This document shows positions 24,906 to 37,040 of a stretch of DNA of 64,000 nucleotides, one piece after another (position 1 is the first letter of the stretch; every line of letters starts with the position of its first letter). Source of the DNA: Tubulanus polymorphus (taxonomy: Eukaryota > Animalia > Nemertea). The notes under the pieces were generated by a model. The model was not told where the DNA came from, searched no databases, and saw only the letters and a program-made list of their open reading frames with translations. The position numbers and the translations under genes are program-made. Location: the NCBI RefSeq assembly GCF_964204645.1, contig NC_134028.1, positions 21,448,345-21,512,344 on the forward strand, in the 5' to 3' direction.

Positions 24906-27155
24906 CATATACATACAAACTATATATATATATATATATATAAACCGATTTTCCGGTGAAGTAGTCAGAAATCAGTTAAATATTAAGACATTATGATGGT
25001 CATGCTGGCCACGCAGGGATGTTCAAAACTACGAAACGAAACAAAAAGACACTTAAAATTTTGGCTGTTATTCTTGATCGTTATGGCAAACCGCAAACAT
25101 TTGGCGGGCGACTCGCGCTGCAAAACGGTAACAACTTCGACCACAGGGAAACTTTAGCGCCGTATGACGTCAGTATCACGTGGTGCCCTCTTCAGTGTCA
25201 GGAATTTAATACTTCTTTGAACGTGGATTCGAGCGGGAGAAAGAAGCGAAATGAGTAACTTTCAGTATAATTCGGACATTGCTCACAATTCGGCCGTGCT
25301 CACGGTTCAGTTTCGATATGGGTCATCATATATCAAAGTTTAATTGACGTAGCGCCTACATACGACTTAATTAGTAGGCATGTTTGGGCACAGGAAGTCA
25401 GTGGACAGCGATACAATCCAAGATGGTTGACAGGAAGCCATCTTAGATAGCGGTTGAAATTGATCTCTTCCTCAGTAGTTTTCATTAAATGACATATATA
25501 CATGTATTCTATGACTACATAGCCCTCAATCTGTGTGATCTCTTTGTCGTATGGTCATCATTCTGTCAGTAATGTTTAATCTTCACATTAGTTTCCACAT
25601 TTCATTGTATAGTTTTTTTCTCTGTTCTCATATTGCAACCTTATATGAATAATTATTGGTAATTTTGTTTGTTGCATCCACTCCGCCTGGCCTGCATCCA
25701 AGGGGCCTTCGAGTTCCAAAAGCTTATGTAACGTACGTAGACGCTTCGACACTCAAGTGTGAAATTTTCGTAGAAACCGACCCCACTCAATGACAGGACT
25801 AGATGCTGGCCAGTATGCACCCTTGTAATCACGGAGCAATAAAATTTCAGTTCAATTCAAGACTCTTGTATTGAGGTTCAAAGGTTGTTATGTACCAAAA
25901 ATGCAGGCAGTACTCAATTAGGTTTCACTGCACACTCGGAAACTGAAAGAAACGACAAAGGAGTTGATTGGAAAATTGATTTTATTTTCTTTTTTAAGGA
26001 AGATATTCAATTTTGACAAAGCATGATCATATTGAATGTAAAGAGTATGTATATATCCCGCTCGACCATCAAAACTATCACCAAACACAGAAATATAATA
26101 ACAACAACTAACATTCAAATCAAAGCATTAAAATCATAAATACAATGTACTACTCTCTCACGCCTGGAAAATCTCGAAAAATTGCACATTATCAAATTGA
26201 TTACCGGTATAAAATTCGACGTACATGTTACTATAAAATGCCCTTGAACAGCGTAATACTTGCAATAGACAAAACGCATTGCTTTCAATGAAAGAATGCT
26301 TTGAAAAATGTCTGAATAAATCTGTATAAAATGTAATGTCATCCAAAATAATAATTAATATCTGAAAAAATACAGCAGTGTGAAAATGTACGTATTGAAA
26401 TTTGAAACATTACGATATGTAACCATGTGACCTAACTCTGTCCAGTTACAGAATCTAAATTTACGGTATGTAGAGTAGAAAGTTTTGTGCATTTTCAACA
26501 GATCATGATAGGAATTTTACAATTTTTGCATTCATCCTCATTTCAAATATATTCCAACAGCACATTGCAAGTAATACATATCCTGACCAATTAATGAAGA
26601 TAGTGATCCAAGAACGTGGACATAAGCCGCGATCACCTGAAGACGATTTGGCCCGAGCCAAAAATTCGCGTGTGATCGCGGCTATGATTTTCAGTCCAGT
26701 ATCAAAGACAATAAGGATTTCTCAACATGAAACCGAATCAATTTTATCGGTGCCAAATGCCAACCCCGCGTTCAGTGGGTTTTTAACTTTACTTATGATA
26801 GATATATACGGAATGTCTTCAAATACAAAAACCCACTACATTCGGTTTTTTGAAAACTGAATTCATCCAATGAGACATATAATGTACCCAATCTAAATAC
26901 AAACGCACCGCTAACCGGATTAGGAGTAGTTTAATGAAATCACGACCAGCAAAAACTTTTATTTCATGTACCGGTGCTCATAGGCTGTAACTGCAATACA
27001 GTCAAACACTGTTTAGTCACCATTTGGTTTAGTTGTCACATTAATGACGTCAATTCTATTTGAGTCCAATTCAATTTACTAAGCGCAATATTCAGATAAG
27101 TTCTCAACATAATGATCATCACAACTATGACGACTTTATCAGTGAGTTTCACTGT

Positions 27156-27507
27156 CAGGGTCTCTAAGGATTGGTCATTCCTGGATGTAACAGGTTTTCA
27201 GAGAGTATTATAGAAAATTTCAAATTTTTAACCATTACACTACCCAAACTTGTATTCCAAATCGGTAACCGCCAAATTTGGTGAAAAAAAAACCCTGTTA
27301 CCAACTATATCGATTTAGCATGAAACTAGAGAAACTAGGGAACAAATGAAACTAGAGAAAAATTTCTATTTACCTATTTCTCAAAATTTAAGGAGGCTTA
27401 AAGGAGTTTTGGGCATTTTGCTCAAATCAATGGAATTTCAAGCACCTTTAAAAGCATTTTCCGTTTCGAAGGAGCTTTCAAGAAATCAAGGAGTCGTAGT
27501 GACCCTG
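27156..27507. mobile_element. hAT-like MITE
   Basis: CAGGGTC...GACCCTG termini; flanks ACTGT/ACTGA match at 4 of 5 positions. Confidence 0.5.
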
Positions 27508-27570
27508 ACTGAATACAGCATAGGAACGATTGGATTAAACTACTCTTCATGATGTACATTCAACTATGAT

Positions 27571-30500
27571 CTAGTGATGTTTATGTTTTTGACCGTGAAC
27601 GTGCCCGGTCGTATAATGCATAGGTTTTCTCGGGTAAACACCGGATAAAGATAAAATCTGCCAATAGACGAAAAATCCTAAACAAGAAAACGCTGTCACG
27701 ACGACTACGTATTCGGTATAATTCGGGAACGCGTTGCCGCAAATGGTATACCACGAAGCGCCATCTTTAGGCGGAGTAGTCAGACATTTGAAGTCGAAGT
27801 AAGCTTCGTCGTAATTACTCGCGCACAGATACGTCTTCTTGGACAGAATCTGAAAAATAAACCAAAAATATGTTCAATCAACGCATGGCTATACAATTAG
27901 ACGAGAAGATACACAATATCCGTGTATTATGATGACGGGAGAAATCCCATAATAACGAAGCTAAGATTGAAAAATTCTATATCAGAATGATTTTATTTGA
28001 GAAGCGACGTTTCGGCTAACAACTGTAACCCATCATCAGGCGTACTGAGAACAAAATCAAATAACAGGATATTTATACAAGAATATGGCTATACAAATTA
28101 AACAAATAAAACTGACCCCGACAGCCCCGGAATTCATAAACTGCCTCATGATGAAATTGGTCTGCATCCGAGGCAAGCAGAGTCTACTGTCATCTTGACT
28201 CGTGAGCAGATATGACTAAATCATCATTAACCCTTTCAGTGCGCCTACACTGCAGTGCGGTGTATAAATCAGTAATGGATTTTGCTAGTACGCTGCACTG
28301 CGGTGTATTGATGTAATTAGTAATTATCTCTCTTGAAAGATGGCAGCACCTGTCAAACATAGGGAAACATAGGGAGTAGGCTGTAGCTAACGATACACCG
28401 CACCACGGTGTAGACGCACTGAAGTGGTAATCCCGTTATTCAACTCACTAGGGTGGAATTTTACAAAATTTTCAAATTATCTCCTGCACTATAGGATATT
28501 AATGAGTCAGCACTGAAAGGGTTAAATGATTGAAAAATGACAAAATTTGATGATTCCTCCTTTAGGTATTATTACCCCAGCCAATTTTGTACTCTAACAT
28601 GTATCAGTCATCTCTCCCTGGGGAGAAGTAACACCGAGCTGCTAAAAAGCACTCAGGAGTCATCTATCAGGCCAGGTACCCATTTACTCCTGGGTGGAGA
28701 GAGGCAATGAGGATAAGTGTCTTGCCCGAGGACACTACAGCAATGTATGGGGTTCGAACCCACGGCCTGGCTTCCCAGAGCTGAACGCTCTATCTAACCA
28801 CTCAGCCACACCGCTCAGTTCCTTGACTGATATTAAATTTCAAATTACTATTCAAGGAGGTTCAATGAACATCTAATCAATCAGGAGAAACAAGCATCAA
28901 GTTCTTACCTGACCAAATGCAGTCTGCACCGGACTAACTTCGTTGCATGGTCCGATTGGTTCGTGGAGACCAGTCGCTTTAATAGTTTCAGGTTTACTGA
29001 ACACGACTAACAGTACGTAGAGAGAATAATGTAGGAATACTATCAAACCAATTTCATCGATCCAATCACCTACACAAATATAGACACAAGCATAACAAGT
29101 TAAAAAGAGAAAATTATCTTAAATGGAAACAATGGCGACTGGGAAATACAGAATATATGTAATTTGGCTGGGATTTTACTTTCATTATTCGAGATCAATA
29201 TAAAACCTCCGACACTATTATCATAGCCATCATTTCACACCAATAGACGGTGTTGCATGTGACGTCATAGTTTGCTTGCCCATCAGGTGCTGACAACTTG
29301 CCATACGTAACAACAAAATATATTCAATGTCCAGTTCGGAGTTGAGATTTGACTGCGGGTTAAAAACATGGGAATGAACTAATTTTAACTCTCCCCAAAC
29401 TCACAACTGCGGAACTGGGTCCAGCGGATTTACTAACTCCCAGGGTCTTTCATGCAAATCATTTATTGCGTTTGACCACCAGCAAAATATCGCTGCAATA
29501 CCTCTATAGCATCAGCACACATAGGTCACAACCTGGACCAGTTGATACCTTCAAACCAACCCCCTGGACCATCCGCGAATTTACCTTTATTGGTTCTTGC
29601 ACCTGACGACGGATGACGATCGCCCATCCACGTGACCACGACATAAAATCCAAGAATCAGCAAACTACAAACTTCCGTATGAATCTTCAGGTTATCATGC
29701 AGTGGATGATAGATAGGTAAAAACTGCAGCACTCCGAACGGCATCGCGAATAATCCGGTAATTATGTTACATAACGCTTCAACCGGAAAACTGAAACACA
29801 CAACGGCAGAGAATTTAATTTAGGAGTAGAAATGAGTAAATTCAGAATAACCTGTTGTATCATCAACTGTGGGTTTTGCTCATTAACTCTGAAATACTTA
29901 AATCAATATCAGTCTACCCGGACCGATCGACTTCGAAAAGTAGAATTTTTTATAAATGTTGGGTCTCGAGAGCATCCGTGTAGAAAATTTTCATATCTTC
30001 TAGCATATTAGGGGTGGCCAATATTTAGCCTTTTATTAAGTAGGTTTGGAGGAATGAGCATATTTTGAATGAATACAAATATAGTGTAACCAATTACCGG
30101 TTAGTGAATCTTTTGAAATCAGCGCTCAAATTTCTTAAGACAGACAACTGCCTCGGCGGAAATTTGTCAATGAGCGGGGGCACCCTGTTACCAGTCAGGA
30201 TCCATCAAATTCATATCCACCCTCAGCAGGGATTCGAACCTGATGGCATTGCAAGACTCTACACGAATAAACTCGGTAGGCAGTCATGGTTCCCACAGTT
30301 ATATGAATTCCCAAGTTTTTCCCAAGTATTTCATGGGTGATTTTTCAATTTTCCCAAATGGAAATGAACAGATATCATCATACTACAGTCAACATTTAAG
30401 TGGTGACTGGATGATTAAAAGGTGATTCCCGAGGGAAATCGCCGAAGAAAGTTGTTCTTGGCAAATGCAATATGCGAAATGTAAATTTCCCAAATACTTC

Positions 30501-33500
30501 CCTGATTTGAGGAAACTTTTTCAAATTCCCAAATATTTCCAAACCGGGAATTATTATTTCAAAATTCCCAAGTTTTTCTCAATTTCCCTGTTCTGCGGGA
30601 ACCATGGGCAGTACAGGCTAGCAGTACATGTATCATGCTATTGTACTAACCTTGCTATTCCGTATTTCTCAGTTTTTGTTAACAAACTCCTTGTCCCGTG
30701 GAAGAGAATCGTGAATGCACAAGCGAATGAGGCGTGGAAATAATAACTAGTCCAAGGAACCCAGTAATGTCTGTCGGCTATATTAGGATCGGTATCGTGC
30801 CACGTCCACCAGAGAAGTTTGATACCCATTATGTCAAATGGTACGTCCAACAATACAACGAATAAACCAACTACAAAAAGAAACACGAAACTCATAATCA
30901 CATTAATTCAACTTAATCAAACTCTCCACCAAGTGAACATATCAAATTCCATTATCACACCCCGGTGTAAATAAGAATTTACCTGCAAATGGTTCAGCCC
31001 ATTTTTTCAAGTGCATCTTTGAGACAGCTACCGAAGCTGTATAGATGAAACAGGGGTCTACACGGAGAAAAACGAGATGAGGATTAAAATGCGCAGCGTA
31101 CGATATATCAGAAAACAAACACTTTTGTGTAAACTCAATAAAACAGCGACATCCAAATGGATTTTAAACAGTTTGAAATGTGACAATGAATGCGCATTGA
31201 TGATTTCTATACTCGTACATGTCATTTTTTTCATAACCCGGATATCTTTTGCTTGAACGTTATTTTCAAATATCTTTGGGAGGCTCTCAAAACCCCTGTG
31301 CAGGGACAAAGGCGAAACCTAGGATTTTTTGAAGATGGGTACCAGGGTAGTGAAGGGCACATAAGTAATCACGAAGGACACCCCAACATGGCGAGCACCA
31401 TTTTTGAAAAGTTTTAGAAAATTTTCGGAAATTTGGTGTTCTCCAAGACTATTTGATGGCTGTCATGAAGGAATAACGCATAATTTTTTATCAAAATGAA
31501 AAGTAAACATTTTTCCCAAAAGATTTCAGGTGGGGGGCTAGTCCCCTGGTACTCACTGAATCTGTGTTTGTCGGCACACAAACCGTTTCACATTTGCGGT
31601 CGTGATGAACCTGTCGCAATACAAACCGTTTCACATGAGAGATGAACCTGTCACTTATACTTACAGAAAATCATGATATGGAGCGGAAGTCGTTTTCCGA
31701 GCAGCATGACCATCGACTGAGCGTGCCAGAAATTATCGATATCTGGCACGAAATAACTGATACTTTCTACGGTTAAACCGTGCATTATAGTAGCAAACCA
31801 CAAATAGAGAAATCGTCCTCCATGTCTCCACGCTGCAAACATAATTAAATAACATAGGAATCATGACTAAACACTCTGCTTAATAGTTTTTTCAAACAAA
31901 TTTATTGACGTTAAATGCGAATACACGGAAATTTACACCAACAACAATTCTATTAATGTTAAAGAATATTCTTAAGGCAGCTCGAACATTAAAACCTGGG
32001 CCAATTTCTCAAAAGTTGTCTCAAGGGCTCAAGAGCTGGTGGATAAATACCATAGTAACAATGAACTTCTGGTTGTCACTATGTCAACTATCCATTGGTT
32101 AACTCTAACCAACTTTTCAGCAACTGCCATCTTGTCCGATAAGTTAATGGGTCTATCAATTTTTCAATGGGTTTATCAATATTCAATAGAAGCTTTTGCT
32201 CAAAGAAACTAGGGGTCCAGGGACACCATGCCCACTTGGGAAGTGGTTTCAAATGCTCAACAACCTAACAATTTCAATATTCAACGCCCTCTGGTGACCA
32301 TATACATAAACCAATGACCTTGAAACTCAATACAATCATAAAACATGTCAGCAGCTACGATTTTGTAATTGATTGTGATAACAAAAAATGCCTCGTTACT
32401 AATTTAATATGGAAATACTAAGTTAATCTACTATTCAACGCCCCCTGGTGACCAAATTCAAAACCCAATAACCTTGTAACTCACCATATTCATAGAACAT
32501 GTCATGAACTACAACTTTGCAATTGATCATGGTAACAAAATATGCCTAGGTACCAATATAATAAGGAAATACCAGGTTATTCTACTATTCAACACCCCCT
32601 GGTGACCATATAGAATAACTAGTTTCCTTAAAACTCACCACAATCATAGATGATGTCATGAGCTACAACTTTGCAATTGATTGCGGTAACAAAATATGTA
32701 TTGGTACAAATATAATATAGAAATACTAAGATATTGTATTATTCAACGCCCCCTGGTGGCCATATACAAAAAACAATGAACTTGAAACTCACCCCAATCA
32801 TAGAACACGTTATACGCTACAACTTTCTAATTCATTGTTGTAACAAAATATGCTTAGGTAACAATATAATGTCGAAAAACTTTTTCCCACCTACGAAAGA
32901 GTACTAATGACACCAAGATGGCCGCCAATTGCGTCATAATTGGCGGATCAAAAATACCTATCTCAGGTATAAAACATCCCTTTACAAAGAATACTCATCA
33001 CAAATTGCAATGAGAAATGGCAAACCAGTAGGAAGCTACAGGACCTAGAATTCTGGCCAAAATTGACATTTTTGGGCACTAAAAAGGTCATAGGACGGCC
33101 ATCTTGATTCAGATGGACCCAATTTTTCTTATGCTGATGGGCCCTTGGTAGATTCAAATATATTCGAAAGATCAAGGTAATTGATCATATCGTCTTCAAA
33201 ATTTCCCTCGTAAACTTCGAAAATGTGTAAAAAGTGCTGATTTTGGCGAACAACAATGGCTGCCAGTCGGCCATCTTAATTCTGATAGGGCCAGTTTTTG
33301 GGCTGAAGATGTGTCTAGGGTAGATACATGTGTAACCCAAATATCAAGACGTTACCTTGAAGCGTCTTCAAAACTTCCCAAAATAACTGGATTCCATCTA
33401 CGGACGGACGGACGACGGACGAAAAGTGAACGCAATAGCCCGCTGGGACTAAAGTCCCAAGTGGGCTAAAAAATGGGTGGGCAACAATGGGGTACCTGCA

Positions 33501-35338
33501 GTGCAACTATGGCAATCGAGGATTCCACGTATGGCAGGCGAGGATCCACCAGGTTCGCTAGTGGTCACTGGGTTACCGCGCTTCAATTTCTTCTACATTT
33601 CAATTAAATCTGAATGAACTTTTCTCTTAAATGAATCAATTATTTATGAAGACTTTATATCCAAATCTGATAAGAATAAAATCATTTCATATTTGGTGAG
33701 TCCTGTGATAGTATATGGATTCATAAGTCTAAAAATCCAGTTCAAAGTTAATTGAAAATGAACTAATGTTGACAACGAACAACCTATGCTGGTCACGCCA
33801 TCTGGCGGGATAGCTGGTTTTGCGGGTACCCCATTGGCTATTTTCTATTATAGAAAATTGTATATAACCACCGAAATTTGTACTGCATATGAACCAAGAA
33901 TAAAGAAGAAAACGTTTAGGCCTATATTTGACGTACGGATCAACATCAAAATTCCATACCTACCGTGACTGAATGTCAATAATGCGATCACATAGTACAA
34001 AACTTCACAGATCAAATAACTTGAATGGTTCTGCCAGATTTCCTGCGGATTTCGGAAATGTACCAACCAATCCAACATTTTCTGAAATGAAGAAAAGTTT
34101 GTTACAAAGGATCGCGACAAAACTTAATTCTTCCAGCGCCAAGATGGAGTGGAACCATTTGGTGGAAGTGAATCAATACACAGAAACAACCGCGAGACAA
34201 GTTCCGTCCTAACACGCAGTAGGTGAAGGGTTCAAATCATAATTTGCTATTTAGGCCTATTTGATGCCGACTGTTATGAAGTCCAGCAGCTCTGCATTGT
34301 TGTAAGTTCAAAGATGTGCGATGCATAATTAATATGCAGAATCATAATGAGCCATCTCCATTGTCAGAAAATCAGGGTAATGATTATATAGGCCTGAGGC
34401 CTACTTAGGAGAACTAAAAAACTGCAGTGGCGTTGGAACTGTAGCGACAGCAGTGGCAAAAACTGTGGCAATAATTTACTGAATGACATCTTTTAGCAAT
34501 AACTAAAACCTGTCAAAATGGGCAATTGGCCGCGCCAATAAAAAATCCAGGTACCCACAGGGCGGCGGGGGAATTAAGGTTCACCAAGAACCTTTGCATC
34601 TGATGTATTGACATTTACTGCATCATCAAGTCAAGATGCCAGGCAGGACTCAGGCGCGGATCCAGGGCCATACAGTGACTACAGCACAGTGAAAAAAGGG
34701 CACCAATTTTGGGAAAGGGCCAGTATTAATGCCCAGCGAGTGAGTTTGAGTGCCATTCATTGGTATCATGCCACTAAATTTGCCTTCACATTCAATTTGC
34801 TTATGCCTTTTTTTAGATTTTTGGCGAAATTTGCCTGTTTTCGATTAAATTTATAGAGCAACAATATTAATAATGTCTCTTTAAGAATAGTGCCCTTTTG
34901 AATAAAAAAATATGCCTTAGATTGCCTTTTATGATTTTGGGCAATTTATCTCATTCACGTTATGCTTTTAGGCCAAGTACAGAAAAGCAATTATTTTTAT
35001 GGCGCACAAATTGTGTGCCTTTTTGCTTTTATTTAGGTACTTTTTTCCCGAAACATAAATTTTTCAAGGGCATTTGAAAACTGCGACTACCGCACGTGCT
35101 GCATGTGCAATAGTCTGGATCCGCGCCTGGGACTTGGCATGCTGGGCATGCAGTGGCCCGAGAGCGAGACGAGTGATGAATGGGGAAGGAAGGGCAAAAA
35201 GGCACAGGCCCCAAGATTAAGAAGGCAAGGGATCAAGTGGAGATGAACAATGTCGACAATGCAAATGCTCCATTCGGGGTGAACAGTGACCTGCCAAATG
35301 GAGAGATTGCATGAACTATTATTTACCTGGGCATCCAT
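27571..35338 (-). CDS. Multi-pass membrane protein, DUF7802-like with CruF/AveC-like motifs (~412 aa, 8 exons)
   Basis: Exons 35338-35327, 34081-33964, 31832-31665, 31057-30983, 30870-30651, 29790-29585, 29069-28909, 27849-27571, GT-AG and phase-compatible (1239 nt). Motifs DNFWHAQ, RLPLHI, LDVPFDIMGIKLLWWTWHDTDPN, WVPWTSYYFH, GLHEPIGPC. C-terminus KHKHH. The 12-nt first exon is the least certain. Confidence 0.85.
27995..28050 (-). ncRNA. Hammerhead-like motif (Penelope-type remnant, probably degenerate)
   Basis: Minus strand reads CCTGATGA-tg-GGTTA cagttgt TAGCC-GAAACGTCGC. Confidence 0.55.
28231..28521. mobile_element. piggyBac-like MITE; second copy at 57574-57842
   Basis: TTAA|CCCTTTCAGTGC...GCACTGAAAGGG|TTAA. 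Confidence 0.85.
28600..28815 (-). mobile_element. tRNA-derived SINE with CORE-like central domain
   Basis: Minus strand has A box GTGGCTGAGTGG, B box GGTTCGAACCC, then GTGTCCTCGGGCAAGACACTT...CTCTCTCCACCCAGGAGTAAATGGGTACC. Confidence 0.75.
30285..30606. mobile_element. TIR MITE (hAT-like) with 6-bp flanking direct repeat
   Basis: CATGGTTCCCACAG...CTGCGGGAACCATG, with GGCAGT on both flanks. Confidence 0.65.
32206..33473 (-). mobile_element. Helentron-associated interspersed element (HINE/DINE-1-like) with internal ~154-bp tandem array
   Basis: Minus strand: T-run, AGCCCACTTGGGAC..GTCCCAGCGGGCT hairpin, (GTCC)n microsatellite, 4 tandem units (~32270-32880), subterminal CCCAAGTGGGC, terminal hairpin and TTT. 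Confidence 0.75.
34651..35129. mobile_element. hAT-like MITE with 5-bp TSD; related element at 38243-38617
   Basis: CAGGCGCGGATCCAG...CTGGATCCGCGCCTG, with GGACT on both flanks. Confidence 0.7.
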
Positions 35339-36279
35339 ACTCAACCACAGGGAAACAGCGAATTAAATAGTACTAGTTAACCGACCTTTGCCACGGGAGT
35401 GAAGACTAATTCTTCAGATCGTACAGACAGGTGCCGGTTGCAGTTCGTAATTCATACAGCTCAGCTGAAACGACGATCAATCTTAGTTAAAACTAAATAC
35501 TGGAAAAACGCAAAAATTACTTCATAAATGTTACTGATATATATCGTACAAAGATTCTTGTCTAGGCGAGGTCTAAAGATTAGTTTGTCGAGGTTTACAT
35601 TCCGGCTGTGGATTTTAATGTCGTTATTCACGCATAGGTGATGTGTATGATACGTCACGGGATTCTGTAACGCAGTGTCTCCTCAGGCTGACAGGAATTA
35701 ACTGCGGCTTATTTATCGAATGTTTCACTTCACTTCGTAACTATTACGTTACCTGTTATGCCTCTGAAATACCGACAGTGATAACCGTAGCGTGGTGATT
35801 GCTGATGTGCACTGATTCGCGGACAGACAGGGCGGCGCAGATTATAGGTTAGACACTCACTACCCCACACTACGATATCTGTCAGTTTCACTTCTTTTTC
35901 AGTTTTTCTACCCTTCTGACTGTCAGACTGATGAGGAGATCAAGAAGACGACGTCACTCGGTCGTCAGTGTTCCATTTCTTTCTTTCTTCCCTAGCGGGG
36001 CCGCTGTAGTGTCAGTCATGTATCCAACAACATTCCCCATAAAAGAGGTTCTAACATGTAGGCCTAGTCACGGCGAATTTAGGTGTACTTCAATTCCGTC
36101 AAAAAACATGGTATTCAAAGAAGAAAACGTCATTAGGTAAATTATTGCCGCAGCTTTCACTGTTCAGTCGCTGCACTTCCAACACCATTAGTGGGTAGTC
36201 TCGTACCTAGCCGTCGTTCCACAGACAACCGGTAGTAGGGAACCGGTAACCATGACTGGTATTCAGACTACACTAGTGG

Positions 36280-37040
36280 GTAATTTGCATACTAGGTGAC
36301 CAATGAGAAGCTAGGGTTAGGGTATTAAGAGACCATGTAAAAAGTTTGCATCAGAAGCTAGTGTTTGGCTAATTTGCTTAGGGCCTAACAGCCTAATCAG
36401 CACTGACCAATCAGAAGCTAAGGTTAGGTTTAAACCTTCACCTAGAACCTCAGTGTCTGATGTGATAGCCTACGCGATGTGAGGTTCATAGAGCATCATA
36501 GATAGATCACTGTGGATACAGCCACTTCTAACTGGACTGGGTGAAGGTTAAACATGTGGGCAATTTGCATACCAGGCAACAGCTCTGCCCAATCAGAAGC
36601 TTGGGTTCGGGTTAAACACGTCCGGCATTTTGCATATCAGGTGACCAGCTCTGACAAATAAGAAGCTAGGGTTAGGGTTATTTTGTGGTCTGTTTCTTTT
36701 TATAATAGGTGACCAGCTCTAGCCTATCAAAAGCGAGGGTTCGGGTTAAACGCGTCCGGCAATTTGCATATCAGGTGACCAGCTCTGACAAATAAGAAGC
36801 CAGGGTTAGGGTTATTTTGTGGTCTGTTTCTTTTTATAATAGGTGACCAGCTCTAGCCAATCAGAAGCGAGGGTTAGGGTTTAACATGTGTGTAATTTGT
36901 CCTACCAGTTTCACGAAAAAGTTTAGCTCGAATGTTGCTTCATGTTTTCAATGAGGATAACAATTCAAACACTAACGCTTTTTCATGAAATTGGAGACCC
37001 AGGTGACCAGTTCTGGCCAATCAGATGCAGGGTTAGCCAT
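36280..37040 (+). repeat. Degenerate tandem repeat with CCAATCAGAAGCTAGGGTTAGGG core
   Basis: About 8 variably spaced copies of GGTGACCAGCTCT..CCAATCAGAAGC.AGGGTTAGGGTT, including a ~134-bp near-exact duplication. Confidence 0.8.

Noticed and set aside
28740-28815. tRNA gene
   Set aside because: A and B boxes are present, but there is no convincing cloverleaf and it continues into a SINE body.
36300-36885. Interstitial telomere
   Set aside because: Never more than about two TTAGGG units in a row; embedded in a longer repeat unit.
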